The notes under the pieces are model-generated. The model was given only the letters and a program-made list of their open reading frames with translations. It searched no databases and had not been told where the DNA came from. From positions 124,001-188,000 of the forward strand of contig OZ374560.1 in assembly GCA_977862235.1 (NCBI GenBank): 64,000 nucleotides of DNA. Reading direction: 5' to 3'. Made by a program: the position numbers and the translations under genes. Positions 22,237 through 35,598 of the stretch are shown here, one piece after another (position 1 is the stretch's first letter; every line of letters begins with the position of its first letter). The stretch is from Dudresnaya verticillata (taxonomy: Eukaryota).

Positions 22237-24787
22237 GCCTGCGGCGGTGGTTGTGGCGCTACATAGCGGTTGATCATCGTCGGATGACGTTCTGCCGCGT
22301 GCGGCATGGGTCCGCCTCGTGGAGATTGTGGTCGTGCAGCACGGCGAGCAGCGTCGCGGGTCGCGCGTTCCTTGCAACGTACATACGCATCAGCGGGGAC
22401 ACCAGCCTTCTCGGCCTCGGTTAGTCCTTTGTAGTTGGTAATAACATTCATGAAGTCGCTCATGCGGAGGAAGCAGTCCGGCGCGATGTGTCCACGGGCG
22501 TAGCATTGGTGGCATATCAACTGCCGACGCGCGTCTTGACGAGGCGGGCCTCTGTCCTGCCATCCGGGCCTTGCTCGGTGAACGTGAGGAGCATACTCGG
22601 AATAGGGGACGCGTGGCGCGGGTACGACCGAGCGCCCAAAGGCGAGAGCAGGGTCCGTATCCCTTTCGTCATCGTCATCGACGTAGCTGTCCGTCGGTAG
22701 AGCCGAGGTTGGCACTGACGCTTGCTCGTCTGCCAAGTACAAATCGCCTTCGGCGTGTATTTCCATGTCATCGACAGGGCGGCAAACGTCTCGGAACTCG
22801 ACGGAGGACTCCGCTATCATAGCGCGCGCTCCAGGCTTGGCGCCTCTCGTCTGCGGACGCAGTACCCCTCGGGCATCGCCGATGGCGGATCGCGGTGTGC
22901 GTACGGCTTGAGCCGGTTTCAGTAGGTCACGTCGTGCTGACGCGGAACCGGCTCTGCCGTGTCGTGCGCGGTTGGCATCCCCTTCGTCTTGTGCGAAGTG
23001 GACCAGCCGCTCAAATGACAACTCCGCCCTTGCCGTTTCTTCTCGGAAGCGAGCGACCAGGGACCTGATCGACGGGTCTAACCCGTCGATATACAGCGTC
23101 ATCTTTTCCCAATCCGGATATACATTACCGCAACGAATACACGCACCGGCTAGCCGCATCCCATAGGTCGTCTCGTCCTCGCCTTGCTTTTGGGCAGTCG
23201 ACCGTAGGGCGAGGACAGCGTCCCTGATCGCCGCTGGCGTAGCATACGTACGGAGGAGGTACTGTACCGCCTCCGGATACGAGGACACTCCGCCGCGATG
23301 GCGAGAAGACGTCGACTTGACGGAGCGGAATTGCGTCCCTGCCGTACCTCGCAAGAAGTACGGCAGTGCGATGAACGCTTGGGCTTCGCTCATCTCCAGC
23401 GTATCGGCTTCATCCGCGTAACGCGTCAGGAACTCGAGGACCATGACAGGGTCGCTGCCGTTGAAGGCGGCGTCCTTCATGGTCAGCTCCAGTCGCTTAA
23501 TGTGGTCCTTGACCTTGCCCGTATCGCGCTCTGAGCGTTTTGCCCTACGTCTTTGAGACGGTAAGTCCGGTACGACAATAGCTGATCGACAAGGGGGTTG
23601 GAGGGGCGTAGCTCCTTCAACCCCTTGAACCGCTTTCCGCGAGGTCTTGCGGCACTGCCGAGAGTCGGGAAGTCGTCGTCTTCAGACGAAGAGTCTGATG
23701 ACTCTCCGTCGCTTGACGAGTCCGAAGAGGACGAGGATGAGTCCCCACGTCGATGACGGTTCTTCTTCCGTCTCTGACGCAGCTTGCGGCGGCGTCTCTT
23801 CCGATCCTTACGTCTGTGACGATCTTCGCCTGAGCTCTCGTCACCCGACGGTGGGCCGTTGCGCCACTTGGCGGTTTCGAGACGCTCTAAGCGAGTCGCA
23901 AGGCGCTGAAAGCGTTCGCGTGAGCCAAGCTCAGAATGCGAATGAACCGTTACTGCCAGCGGTGGTTGTGTACCCTCGCCTTGGGCGGTTTGGTTCGTCA
24001 ATAGACGGTCGAGGTCGGATCGAAACCCTTGTAGGGCGCCGTTCCGATCTTCTTCCAACGTCTGTAGACGACTTGCGATTCCTCCGACACTGTCGTCCAG
24101 CAACCCGGCGAATCGAGCGAGCATCGCATCGTCCTCTAAGAGGCACACCTCTCGGATCCGTTCGCGTGGTATCGTTAAGTTACTCACGCGGACGGCCGAG
24201 GGTGACGCCGTTGGCGGTTGGCTTTCGCGGTTTGACCGGTCGGGTGTCGCTTGCGCCCTTTGACTTGGCGAATTCGGCTTAGCCGGCGAACAACCGGCAC
24301 TGCCGTGGGGAGTGGGGCAACATGCCCCGTGTGTCAATGGTTCGTCAACGACGTTGCGCTCCGCGGAGTGCCCTTGGTCGTCGTTGACGGGAATGGTTGG
24401 TTGATCCGGAAGTTCCGGTTGTCCCTCGACGATGTCGGCTTGTGTTCCGTCTACGACGTCCTGTTGCTCGGCTTGTACTGTATCAGCCGAGTCAACGTAG
24501 GAGCGGTAGGTGCGGAGGGCCGATCCCTCGGGGACTGAGGTGCGGACGATGACGGGGTTGTGCGTCGGCGGGGGAGGTAACTCTCCTCCGTTGAGCGACG
24601 CGTGGGAGCCTGCGTGGCCGTGGCCCGGGGGTAGCGTCGGGAATGCCGACGCGATCTCGGGGCTCACGAGGCGCCCAGACCTCTTTGTCATCCGCTGTAG
24701 CGACCGTTCTGACGCGGGTACACTCCCAGGCGTCGAAGACGGTCTCCTTGAACTTGGACCTCGCGACGGCGGCGGTCGTGAGGCCAT
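22227..24787 (-). pseudogene. gag: gag of element A (one frameshift near 23500-23560)
   Basis: ORFs 23483-24787 and 22227-23480; zinc knuckle CHQCYARGHIAPDC; aligns with the gag of B (YRL...L...M...DG..P..VL.FL). Confidence 0.85.
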
Positions 24788-24894
24788 GATACAATCGTAG
24801 AGTTGCTTGAACGTCGTGGACGATTAGTTACAAACGTCTAAAGACGAAGAGTCAGACGTCGCACGACGGAGAAACTCGTTGAAACGTAGCACAA

Positions 24895-24912
24895 TTCTAG
24901 GTCGGGACACCA
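24895..24912 (-). promoter_or_regulatory. Primer-binding site of A (TGGTGTCCCGACCTAGAA)
   Basis: TGG-initiated 18-mer 2 nt inside the 5' LTR; one mismatch to the PBS at 25779 and 48777. Confidence 0.85.
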
Positions 24913-24914
24913 GA

Positions 24915-25767
24915 TGTGGTGCAAAACGTCTAAGACGATGGACCGCCGAGCAGTTCGGGGCTTGGTGGGTAGCTGCGCCCTCGGCGGTAGGTAGTCCCGC
25001 CGTGGGCAACTTGTTGGTAGAGCAAAGGAACACGCCTTGGGCGGACTGTAGACGCCCGAGGCGGAAGGTGTGAAGGAAGGGAAAAGGGAACAGAAAGGAA
25101 CAAAAGGAAAGCACGTCAAGGACGGATAGAGACGTGGAAGCACGGGAAGTAGACGCTTAGCCGTAGGCAGCGGTAGGGTACGCGCGTGCGGAACGGGGAA
25201 GTCTGGACCAAAGCCGGCTTGTCCGGGATTTACTCTGCGTCTCAGACGGATTACCTAATATACTACGTGAGCGACAGCGGCGGGCGTGGTGCGCGGGAAC
25301 TCAGGACGCGTGTCGCGCCGTCGAGTGCCTGACACGTCGTCGTCGCCATGCAGCCGCGTGCGCGGGAGCTCAGGAGTAGCTTACAGACGCATGCGTGTAG
25401 CGGCGCGGGGAATCCGTATTCGGATCCAGATCCCTGCCAGCATTGCTGGCGCGCGGCCATTACAGGCGCGCTCCTTACATCACTGTGGATCCGGATGCCG
25501 GATCTCGATGTCCCATCCGGATCCGATCCGGATCCGGGCCAAGCTTACAGGCGGGCGCCTTGCGCCCGGCCGATCGGGATCGTGCATCCGGATCTGGCCG
25601 TACAGTGGGCGCGTGCGCCGCGCCGCGCGGGGTAACGGCGGCCGTATGCCCGTGGGCCAATCGTCCATGACGTGTTCGCGCGCCAACGGCGGTTGATGTG
25701 CCATCGGTAGACGATGGCATATAATACGCTCACAGCGAAAAAGGTGCAGCCCTCCCCTTGCACCACA
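24915..25767 (-). repeat. 5' LTR of element A
   Basis: TGTGGTGCAA...TTGCACCACA termini; adjacent PBS. Confidence 0.95.
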
Positions 25768-25778
25768 ACCCAATCGTT

Positions 25779-25796
25779 TGGTCTCCCGACCTAGAA
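25779..25796 (+). promoter_or_regulatory. Primer-binding site of B (TGGTCTCCCGACCTAGAA)
   Basis: Lies 6 nt after the B 5' LTR once A is removed. Confidence 0.85.
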
Positions 25797-25921
25797 CACC
25801 GTCACGGTTGAAAGAAGCAGCCGTCGAAATCCTCTACGGTAGGAATTCGGTTGTAACGATAACCCGCTGCGGAATATTGCATAGACAAGCAATAACAACC
25901 GTTTTGTTCCGTTAATATATC

Positions 25922-28900
25922 ATGCAAAAAGAAGAACACACGGACCCTCCCGTTACGGAACCTACAGCGGGTGACACTGCCCCCGCCTCACGCATTCTGC
26001 GCAGTGAAGGAGGTGAAATTCGTTCCGGAGTGGAGAACCGGAAGACATCTTTAAGGGTGCTTCTGGTAAAGCTCCCCGTTGCCGTGTCGGATCAGACGCC
26101 TCTAAGAAGGCAGCTCCGCAACCCAAGCCGGAATCCCATCGGGTCCACCGGGTCCAGTCCGAGGTCCTTCCTAGGGTGTTAGAGCATCTCCGATTGGAAG
26201 TACAACCTGGAATGGTGAAATAGGTGGAGATATCCCTCTCGGAAACTGTTCTGTCTTTGGTTAAGTCGTATCTGGAACAGCAACTTCCTCGGATAGTGCA
26301 AGCTTTGCAGGAAAAGTGGCCTCTGAGCTCGAGAGCGAGATTTCTCCCGGCATGGCAAGGCCTCCCGCTACGGAATCTTTTACTGAGCAACCACCGTTAC
26401 GGACGGAATGACTTCCCGGTCGAGGGAAGAACACAGCAGCCGCAACAACCCCCCGTTATGGGATTACAGCCGGGTACAGTACCCTCTGGGTAACTGCCAC
26501 CGGGTCCCGTAACGGATTCTCAACATCAATACGCCCCTAAGGGACCAACACACACTCAGTCACTGTCCCGGTCTTCTCTGTAGTATCTCTAAAGCACCAC
26601 CGCGTACGGCGGCCAAACGAGATCCCAAGAAAACCCAAAAGACCTGTCGGATTTCGTAGAAACTGGCCAAGCGTAGAACGGACCTGCGCGCCGGTAGCAA
26701 GCGTGGTACAGGGGGAGCGCGCAGACGAAGTCGTGACCAAAATCTGCGATGAGGACAGAAAATGGCCAAGTCGGGGGTTCAGTTGCTAACTTTACTCCCA
26801 ACCTCTGGCGGGACGGCTTCGTGCCTCTGTTGGCTGAGCCGAGGTATGTGACCGTCTAAGTAGACCCAAAATCGGCCATCTGAGCTATTCTAAGGCTATT
26901 CTACAGTTAGTGGCCGAGGTTACTCACCATGGCCCAAAACATCTTCTCGAATCCTGGCTTCGGGCCAATATTAGAGCCCTACCGAATTAAATCGAGTGCT
27001 TGTCAGTTGATCAGTGGTTGTAGCAGTTAGATTTCCCTTGATTTTTTCGTGCTTGATTCCTTGATATGGTGTCTCGGCCAAATTCTTTTTCCGTAATCCG
27101 ATCCCGTTTTGATCCCGATTGCCCTATCCAGATTACCTCAGTCGCCCAGATATGATCACTCTTCCTTGCGCTGGCCGCGTGGTTGACACGTGCACGCGTG
27201 TGACCCACGTGTCATGCGTGTGGCTCCCTGCCGGTGTCCACCGCCGTCCGCGTGGCCGTACAGTAGTGACTTCGGCCAAGTGTCTCTTGTGAGTTGGCCA
27301 ATTCGGGCGCGTGGCCCGGTCGATAGGCGTGTTTTCGGAGGCTCCTTGCTGTTGCACCACATTCTCCTGGACACGTAGATGTGCCTACGACAGGGCGCTA
27401 TCAGCAAGAGCGCTATACCGTTCCGGTTCGATCAGGTGGAGGCAGCGACCATCTCAGCGATGCGTCCAGCTCACCCCATCCGAGTCAGAGGACCGGTCGA
27501 GGTCGGCATAATCGAGATGCCCGACACTCCTGCTCTGACCCGCCCCGTCGGTCGCACATGGGCGCCCACACCCAGCGACGACGCAATCAAACTGGTACGG
27601 AATCTAATGAGAGCAGCTCAGAGGATAGCCAACACCGCCGCCGAAAGAGGAGAGACAGAAGATCGCGGAAACGCGGAAAAAGGCATGACCCCTCTTCCTC
27701 TACGGATTCAGACTCAGAGAGTTCTTCCGTAACAGATAGAGAGAACAGGCACCGGGCCAGAAAACACGGTGCCAAATCCGGAAAAGTGAGGGTAATCCGG
27801 CCGCTACATGACAAGTTTGTCAAGGCGCTGGACTACTGCATCTACCGATTGGATAAGAGGAGTAAGACTTATGGCTCTAAGTTCTCACAGAACATGAGCC
27901 GTATACGGAAGAAACTCGACGTCCAGATGTCTTCCCATACACTCGATGGGACGGCCCCTATTACCGTCTTGGGATTTCTCGCCAAGTTCCGTGACGGTTG
28001 TAATATCAATGGCATCGCCGAAGGGGTTGCCGTCTGGTGCTTCCAGCTTTTCCGAAAAGTACAAGCCGAAGCCCTTCTACAGGCTAGGCTTGTTGGAGGT
28101 ACTATGGCGGTTGATGTGGTGCAGGCTGAGATGCTCCGCTCATACTCCGAGGTGGTGAATTTCCTACTGAGGACTTACGCTACGGATGAAGTAGTCGCTG
28201 AAGCCTTTACTGGTGTCAGTAATTTCAGGCAAACATCCGCCATGACGGAAGAGCAGTTCTCTAACCAACTCTGGGCAAAGGCTCTCCGCTGTGGTACTGT
28301 ATTTTCCGATCGGGCATTGAAGTCACTGTTCGTCGAGGGGCTCCTACCTGGGACGCGTCAACAGATGCGAAATTATCTTGCAAAGCATTCCCAGCTGGAT
28401 TACCAGGCCATCACTTGTTACGCGACTGGTCTGGGGCAGTCCCATCGGGCAGCTGGACGCCAAACCGTTCCGGCTCACGTCTTTGATGGGTGCACTAAAG
28501 CGCGCCCGTCTAAGGTGTTATCGCTGGATTCCGTACCGGATGTACACTACGAGACGCAGGGACATCTTTCCGCTACGGGTGATCAAGTGCTAGCAGTCGA
28601 GGGAGGCCACGTTGCCGCTACGGTAACAAGTACGGGGGTTACCTTTTCAACCCCGTACTCTTCACCCCCACAAAGCGTTCACCCTACGCCGCCCAGGATG
28701 CCACGCGCGCAAGGTCCCCCCTATGGTGTATCTCGCCCGGCTCCTGGCCCTCAACAGCAGCCGAGTCACCGTTACGGAAATAATGAAATAATGCCCACGA
28801 TGGGTGAGGACAGCAGCAACCAGCACCTCCGCTACGGGATGAGTCGGATTCTCGGGTCCGACGCCTTTACGGAAGTGGCAATTGCCGCATCTGACTTTCC

Positions 28901-29194
28901 GCAGAACATGTCGTTTGCCCGTGGATAAACGACGCCGATCGGGTTAAGCTCATGGAAGAGCGTGAGCGCAACTTCCAGAAGCACTACCCTGTAGCCCGCA
29001 GGTTTGTCGTGGGAACCAGTTCGAATCCGCAAGGGAATCGGGGCAAGCCGCAAACGCGCCCTCCGCAACGGAATGCCCCGATATTATCGGTGGAGGACCG
29101 TGACGGAGTGGAATACGCCGAATTGCGCGAGCCCATGGAGGCGGACCCGACTGGTGCACCCTTGATTTCGGAAAACGCAATGGGGGACGCGTAA
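25922..29194 (+). pseudogene. gag: gag of element B, disrupted by stops and a solo LTR
   Basis: ORF 27381-28928 is homologous to the A gag (LLRTYAT, LRCGTVF, LFVEGL). Confidence 0.75.
26579..27361. mobile_element. Solo LTR inserted in B gag
   Basis: TGTAG...CCACA termini with perfect TSD TTCTC (26574-26578, 27362-27366). Confidence 0.88.
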
Positions 29195-32100
29195 GGGCGC
29201 CGCCATCCCCGCCCCACGGCGTTACACCTCTTGTGAGTGTGGACTCGCCCGGGGATCGGCGAGATACCGATACGGAACTCACATTGGCTTTTCAGACCAA
29301 TGATTCTATATGTGTTATGCAACAACAAAATTATAAAATTCAAATTACCGTGGGACGGACAGATAGCGTGATGCTTCCTATAGTCTCCGTATTGGACTCT
29401 GGCGCGAGGCCAAATCTCATTAGTGCCAGGCGACCTCCCGTGAATGGCTACCCCTCATTCGCCCCGCGACCAGTCCTCCGCTACGGGATGCATCTAATCG
29501 CGCTATCCGCCCCCTTGGTCAGATCCAACTTTTCGTCCGCACAGGAGAGAGCTCCGTGCTCGAGTCCACTCCCTCGTGGTCGCGAACCTAGCTGCTCCAT
29601 GTATTTTGGGAACTAACTTCATCGACCGCTATGTAAAGGCCATCCTTCCCCGTTACGGAAAGTTGTTTTCACCATTACCCCCGGTATCCCTTGTTGGTCA
29701 AGCCAAACTTCCGAAGACGGGTACCGCTGCAACCCTACAGCCCTCATCTTTATCCACCGCTACGGTTTCTTAGAACATTCGTTTAGCAAGATCTACCCTT
29801 ATTCCCCCTATGACTCAAACCCCCTAACAGTTAATACCCCACGGGTGGGTTATGCATTCTACAAAGTCATCCTAAGCCGGCTTTTAAGCACCTTAAGTTA
29901 ATGGCTAATGGTTTTATGGATGTTGTACCTAACAAGCCGTTTCGGATCTGGGTCTCTAATTTTTCTAACAAGCCGGTACGGTTGCCCAAATCTACTGTCG
30001 TGGGCCCGGCTGCTGCTGCCCCTTCTGCTATTTTTACCGTTGACGGTATACCTCCATTTAAGGAAGGGGAGGAATTATTCAATCATTTAATTCTAACCTT
30101 ACCTCCGAAAAGGCCAGCAGCATCTCCCCTCTCGACAATGAAGTAAGCAACCCCGTAACGGAAACTACAAACACTACCGACTGGAATAATCAAGTCCAGA
30201 TCGATAGAGAAGAAGCATCGCTCCGTAAACGGATTTTAACCCTACTCGAGGAATACAAGTCGATGTGGAGTGGCGATCTTGGCAACATTACAGCTGCCAA
30301 GCACCGCATCGAGTTAACTTCCAGAGCTAAGCCAGTATATCAAGCCCCATACTGTGACGGACATAAGCAGCGAGATCTCGAAAAGACAGAGATCGATCGC
30401 ATGCTTTCCGCTAAGGTAATTGAGCCAGCCTCATCGGAGTGGGCCAGTCCCGTGGTTTTCGTTCCAAAAAAGGACTGCACCATGCGGTTCTGTGTTGACT
30501 ATAGAAGGCTCAATTCCGTAACGGTTAGGGACTCATACCCCTTGCCCAGGATGGATGAGTGCATAGATTCCCTTGGGGAAGTTACTGTATTTACAACTCT
30601 GGATTGCAATAGCGGATATTGGCAAGTCGAGATTCCGGAAGAGGAAAGGTTCAAAACTACCTTTACTAGCCATTTTAGCTTATACCGTTTTCGGAGAATT
30701 TGGATTGAATAATGCGCCGGCAACCTTCCAACGGGCAGTGGAAATAATCCTTTCTACGGTTAAACGTTAATTCGCCCTCGTCTACCTAGACGATGTAGTT
30801 GTCTACTCAAAAATCGTTACGGAACATTCCCGCCACCTGAAGGAGGTCCTTACGCTTTTACGATCCGCTGGGTAACGTTGCAGTTGTCAAAGTTTGACTT
30901 CTTCAACGCGTCTGTACAATACCTGGGGCATGTTATACGTCCCGGAAAACTAGAAGTGGATAATCGGAATATCTAATCCGTTAAGGTCGCGAAGCCGCCG
31001 ACTAACCAAACGGAGTTACAATCCTTCTTGGGAATGTGCAACGTGTATCGTCGCTTTCTACCCAACTTCGCTCGGATTTCAGCGCCGCTGAATAAGAAAA
31101 CCGGCAAGGGCTCACCCTTTGAGTTCGGTATATTATCCGATACGGAATACGAAGCCTTCGAGGAACTGAAGAGACGCCTTATCTCTCCACCTATGTTGGC
31201 TCTACCCCGTCACGGATATAAATATACGTTGGACACTGACGCATGTGACCGTCCAGTCGGCTGTGTCCTTCTGCAGGAACAACCGAATAGCGATCACCTC
31301 CCTATTGGATACTGGAGCCGAAGCCTCACCAATGCGGAGAAAAGTTATACTACAACCGAAAAGGAATGCTTAGCCGTGGTCTGGAGCATGTTGACACTCC
31401 GACCATACCTTTACGGCGACACGTTTATTCTCCGAACGGATCACGATGCCCTGCGGTGGATCCTGAACCTCGCAGACTCATCTGGCCGCCTAGCTAGGTG
31501 GAGGCTCCGCCTATCGGAATTTGAATTTGAGGTGCAATACCGTCCAGGAATTAAGCACCAACTCTCCGATGGGATGTCGCGACTCCGAACGGATGGAGGT
31601 GACGATAGACCTTTGGATGAAGAAATACCTTGCTTTGTCGCCGAAAATACCGTCGACGGATTGCATATGAGCCTGCAGTTTATTTGACCGATTGGGCCAC
31701 ATCACAAGAAACCGCTACGGAAAATAACCTAATATGCGCCGTGGAGCCGGCCAGTGGGAGTGCATCCGCCTCCCCTGACAAGCCCGACGCAATACCGTCA
31801 CGGTTTACTGTAATCCAAGAATCCGACGATAAGGATGAGACAATAACCAGGGAGGAGTTCCTCGAAGCGCAAGCCCGAGACCCTTTCTGTCGTCTCAAAG
31901 CCGATACGGTAGGCTCCCCTGGATCACAATTTGACTATGACCGTAATGGATTCTTGGTACGCAAGTCTCAATTGGATGGTGCTCTGCAGAAGGAGGTGCC
32001 AAGCGAACTCCGTGGACGGGTATTGTATTTATCCCACTACACACTGATGTCGGGTCACCCAGGCGGAATTAAGATGTATTATACACTCCGACAGCATTAT

Positions 32101-34340
32101 TATTGGCCTCATATGGCCAACGATGTATTTGAATCCGTTCGGACATGTCGCTCCTGCGTGATGACGAAGGGGAGCCGCTTTCGGAATCAAAGGTTTATGA
32201 AACCTTTCCCCGCTAGCGGACCTTTGGGGTTCGTCGCTATCGACATCCTCGGGCCACTTCCGAAGACAAAACGGGGTTGCAGCTACGTTTTGGTAATTAC
32301 TGATCGGTTCTCTAAGCTGACGCGCTGCATTCCGTTACGGACAACAACAGCCATTGTGCTGGCTAACGCCTTCTTGGACGTTTGGGTGTACGCCTATGGC
32401 GCACCCCAATTTGTCCTAACCGATAACGGACCGCAGTTTACTGCCAAGTTCTTTGATGCAGTGTGTTCCTTACTCGGAGACAGGCATCTACTCACCGCTG
32501 CCTACCATCCGCAGACAAATGGGCAAGCTGAGCGATTTAATAAGACAATCGCCCAGCGTTTGCGCCATTACGTTGAGGATCATCACTCCGATTGGGATTT
32601 GTACCTGCAACCGTTGACGTATGCGTACAACATGCAGGTACACCGTAATACGGAAACAACGCCATTTGATTTGGTGCTGACACGCTGTGGCGCACGGGGG
32701 GCCGAGCTTTTATTTCCTCGCCATGGGCGTCAAGGGGCTCGTCGACCGACGGATGGTCGCCTGAAACGCCTCATTCGCCGTTGGCGCGAACACGTCATCG
32801 ACGATTGGCCTACGGACGCGCGGGCGCCACAACCCCGCGCCGCACACGCCGATGCCCTGTACGGCGCAACGCTGTAGAGCGGATCTGGATGATGCCTCGG
32901 GATCAACGAGGTGTAAGCGGGTTGACTGTCAATTTGGCCCGGATCCCGATTGAATCCGGATCCGACAGTCGGATCGGACATCGGGATCCACTGTAAGGGA
33001 AACGCGCCCGTAATACGGTGCCAATCGCGATCCGAATCCGGATCGCCTACAGTACCGCACAGGCGCCTCTCTGTAAGACGCATGCGCCGGCGTACAGCGG
33101 CTGTATGGTCCGGGACCTGTCAGACGCAACTCCATGCGACACGCGTCCCGGGTTCCCGCGCACTACGTCATGCAGCCGCCGCGCCGCGGCCCCATAGCAT
33201 TACTTAGGTACCTCGTCTAGGACGTAGCAGTAAAGCCCCGGTCAGCCGGTTTGAGTCTAGACTTCCCTTCCGCGACAGTGCGCGCCCTACCGCTGCCCTG
33301 AAACACAAGCGTCTACCTATCCGTGTTTCCACGTTCATAACCGGTGCTAACGTGTTTTCCTTTGGGTTTCTTAGCCCCTTTTCTCTCTCGCCTTGGGTGT
33401 TTACAGTCCGCCCTAGGCGTGTTCAACCTGCTCTACCAAGTTCGCCACCAGCGGCTACCCAGCGGGCTCTCGAACGGCCCCGAGGTGTTTTCCGTCTCTG
33501 GACGACGTCTGCACGACACACGTCACCCATCGGACATTGTTGTACGAGGGGCTCCTGTCGAGAATCAAGAAACCGTTATGGAAGGGCGTGTGACCCCGGT
33601 GCTACAGAAGCGGAGCACCATGCGCCGTTTACGGTATGCGCTCCAGACAGCGCGCACGAAGCAGACAGTGGCTCAGCAAAAATCCAAGGCACTGTTTGAC
33701 CGTAAGGTGCGCTTTAGGCCCATAATCCGTAGCGGAGATCAAGTGTATGTCGACCGGCTGTCCCATAACTTGCGGCCTGCCGAACGCCGTGAACGGGACC
33801 GATTGGAAGGTAAACGGGATGACGTGGGCAAGGTGGCTCAGGAAATGAAGAAACTCCTTCCGAGAGCCACGGGGCCTTATGAAGTGGAATCCGCAACGGA
33901 ACATATGGTTACAATCCGCAAGGAAGGGGTATTAATCAAAGTAAGTTATCAATCGCATCACGAAGGTTCCGATCGGAGTTGCGGTTCAGCCGGCACCCTT
34001 AACAGTGCCGCCTGTCACGCCATCAACCGTCTACGGAGAAGTAGTGCCACATCCAGAAGGTACTACAGTAGCGCCTACACCGTCAGCCGGCATTACACCC
34101 TCCGTAGCGGAACCCCTGCAAGCCGATACGGAATATGTGATCGACAAGATTGTCGGTCACCGCGACGAACCTACTGGGATGACGTACAAAGTCCGCTGGT
34201 ATGGCTACCCGCCGGACCAGGATACATATGAGCCTGCTGAGGAGTTACCGCAAAACGTCATTCATTGCTATCGCAAACAAAAACGCAAGAGCTCCGCTAA
34301 GGGAAAACCACTGCGACGCGCAGCCAAGGTGCGCCGTTAA
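29170..34340 (+). pseudogene. pol: pol of element B: protease, RT, RNase H, integrase, chromodomain; many stops and frameshifts
   Basis: VLDSGARPNL; FCVDYRRLN; VYLDD near 30780; DACDRPVG; TDNGPQF, YHPQTNGQAERFN; GPY; EYVIDKIVGH...YKVRWYGYPPDQDTYEP. Confidence 0.92.
32686..33518 (+). mobile_element. Solo LTR (related to A LTRs) inserted in B integrase
   Basis: TGTGG...CGACA termini; TSD CACGC/CACGT; removing it restores ...LVLTRHPSDI; shares the GATC block and U5-like sequence with A LTRs. Confidence 0.88.
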
Positions 34341-35598
34341 CCGTAACGGAAGACAAGCTACTGTCGCTTGCGGTAATCGCAACTCCCCGCGATGTGCGCA
34401 ACTCCCCGCGATGTGGCGACCCGGTTATGGGAACTGCGTCTTGTCGACGCCTGCTACCGTTACGGGATGTCGTTGTTGCTCAAACTGGGGCATTCCACTC
34501 CGTCACGGATTTTGCCAGCGTGGGTCGCGTACCCTGCTGATGACGCGACCCATTTCCCGAAACGGTACTCTCGTTTTTCCGCAAGATCTCAGCCGGCGTA
34601 CTCTGCTGAGGTTCCACCACTTACGCGGCACTCTTCCGTCACGAAAATCGCGGGAGGGGCACGCCTTTTTCTTGCCATGGGTGGCCGCCCCAGCACGTTT
34701 GGACCAGGAACGGCCTCTTCCGCGACGGTACAGGAAAATTCCTCGGTCTCATTCTTCTCAGAGTCCCGGGTATATGTTAATATTGATGTTAATCTTAATA
34801 TTTTATATAGTTTTCAATATATTATTATATTGAAAATAATATATTAACACCGTCGCGGGTTGTGTTCATCTCAAGAGGGAGGGCTTCGTAGCGTGTCTAA
34901 TAAGGGCAGGGGTGAAGGTATTCGCCCGTAACCGCTACGGATTCCTGATACACGCGGCCTGCGCCGGTTTGTGGCGTACCTAGTCCTCCAGCTTCTCGCC
35001 ACCCAAGTCGGAACACCGTCCGTCAGGGGATAGCTGGTGTGAAGTACCGTCGTCCGATCGGAGTACGAATTGTCCATTGTGGATATGGGAGCGTAATCGA
35101 CTGCGCGTTTGGGCAGACAGTTGGGGAAACTTATTCCGCTACGGTGAGAACAACACTCTCCAAAGGTGTTTGCTCCTTTAGGAGTGGTAGGACCCCCATG
35201 TTGGATTTTTGCAAATGAGGCTGTCTGCGAGGTGCCTGGATTGCAATCCCGTTACGGTGAAAGTGGTACAAGACCTAGTGTCTGCTCCCCTGACACACGG
35301 GAGGAACCCGTTGCGGATGGGTTATGAGCTAGAAGACGACGACCAGCCTGGGCCGTCATCTCTTGCGGATGAGCGCGCCACTCGCGTCAAGCGCGTTTCG
35401 GTTATTCTCCGCGACGGTAGTCCTGGTATCAGAGGTGCGTGGAGTTTCCCAACGCATCGAAGCAAACCGTGACGGCAGTAGAGCAGTTGACGAGAGACCT
35501 GGAAAAGCTGCTCGAACCCGTTGATGGTGCGTTGGACCCTAGTCGGAACTCCGTTAACTTGGGCGCACGAGGACGTGTCGCCATTTAAGGAGGGGGTC

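Larger units (their letters stand above)
12362..25767 (-). mobile_element. Ty3/gypsy chromodomain LTR retrotransposon A (13.4 kb) nested in B
   Basis: 853-bp LTRs 12362-13214 and 24915-25767; TSD ACCCA at 12357-12361 and 25768-25772; PBS 24895-24912; PPT-like GAGGGGG beside 13215; gag/pol on the minus strand. Confidence 0.96.

Noticed and set aside
13400..24500. Possible A-specific motif (CGTTGACG / GTCGAC)
   Set aside because: Frequent by eye but may reflect high CpG content; needs a shuffle test before any claim.
34860..35590. Antisense accessory ORF in element B
   Set aside because: Only short frames and no similarity to the A/D antisense protein.
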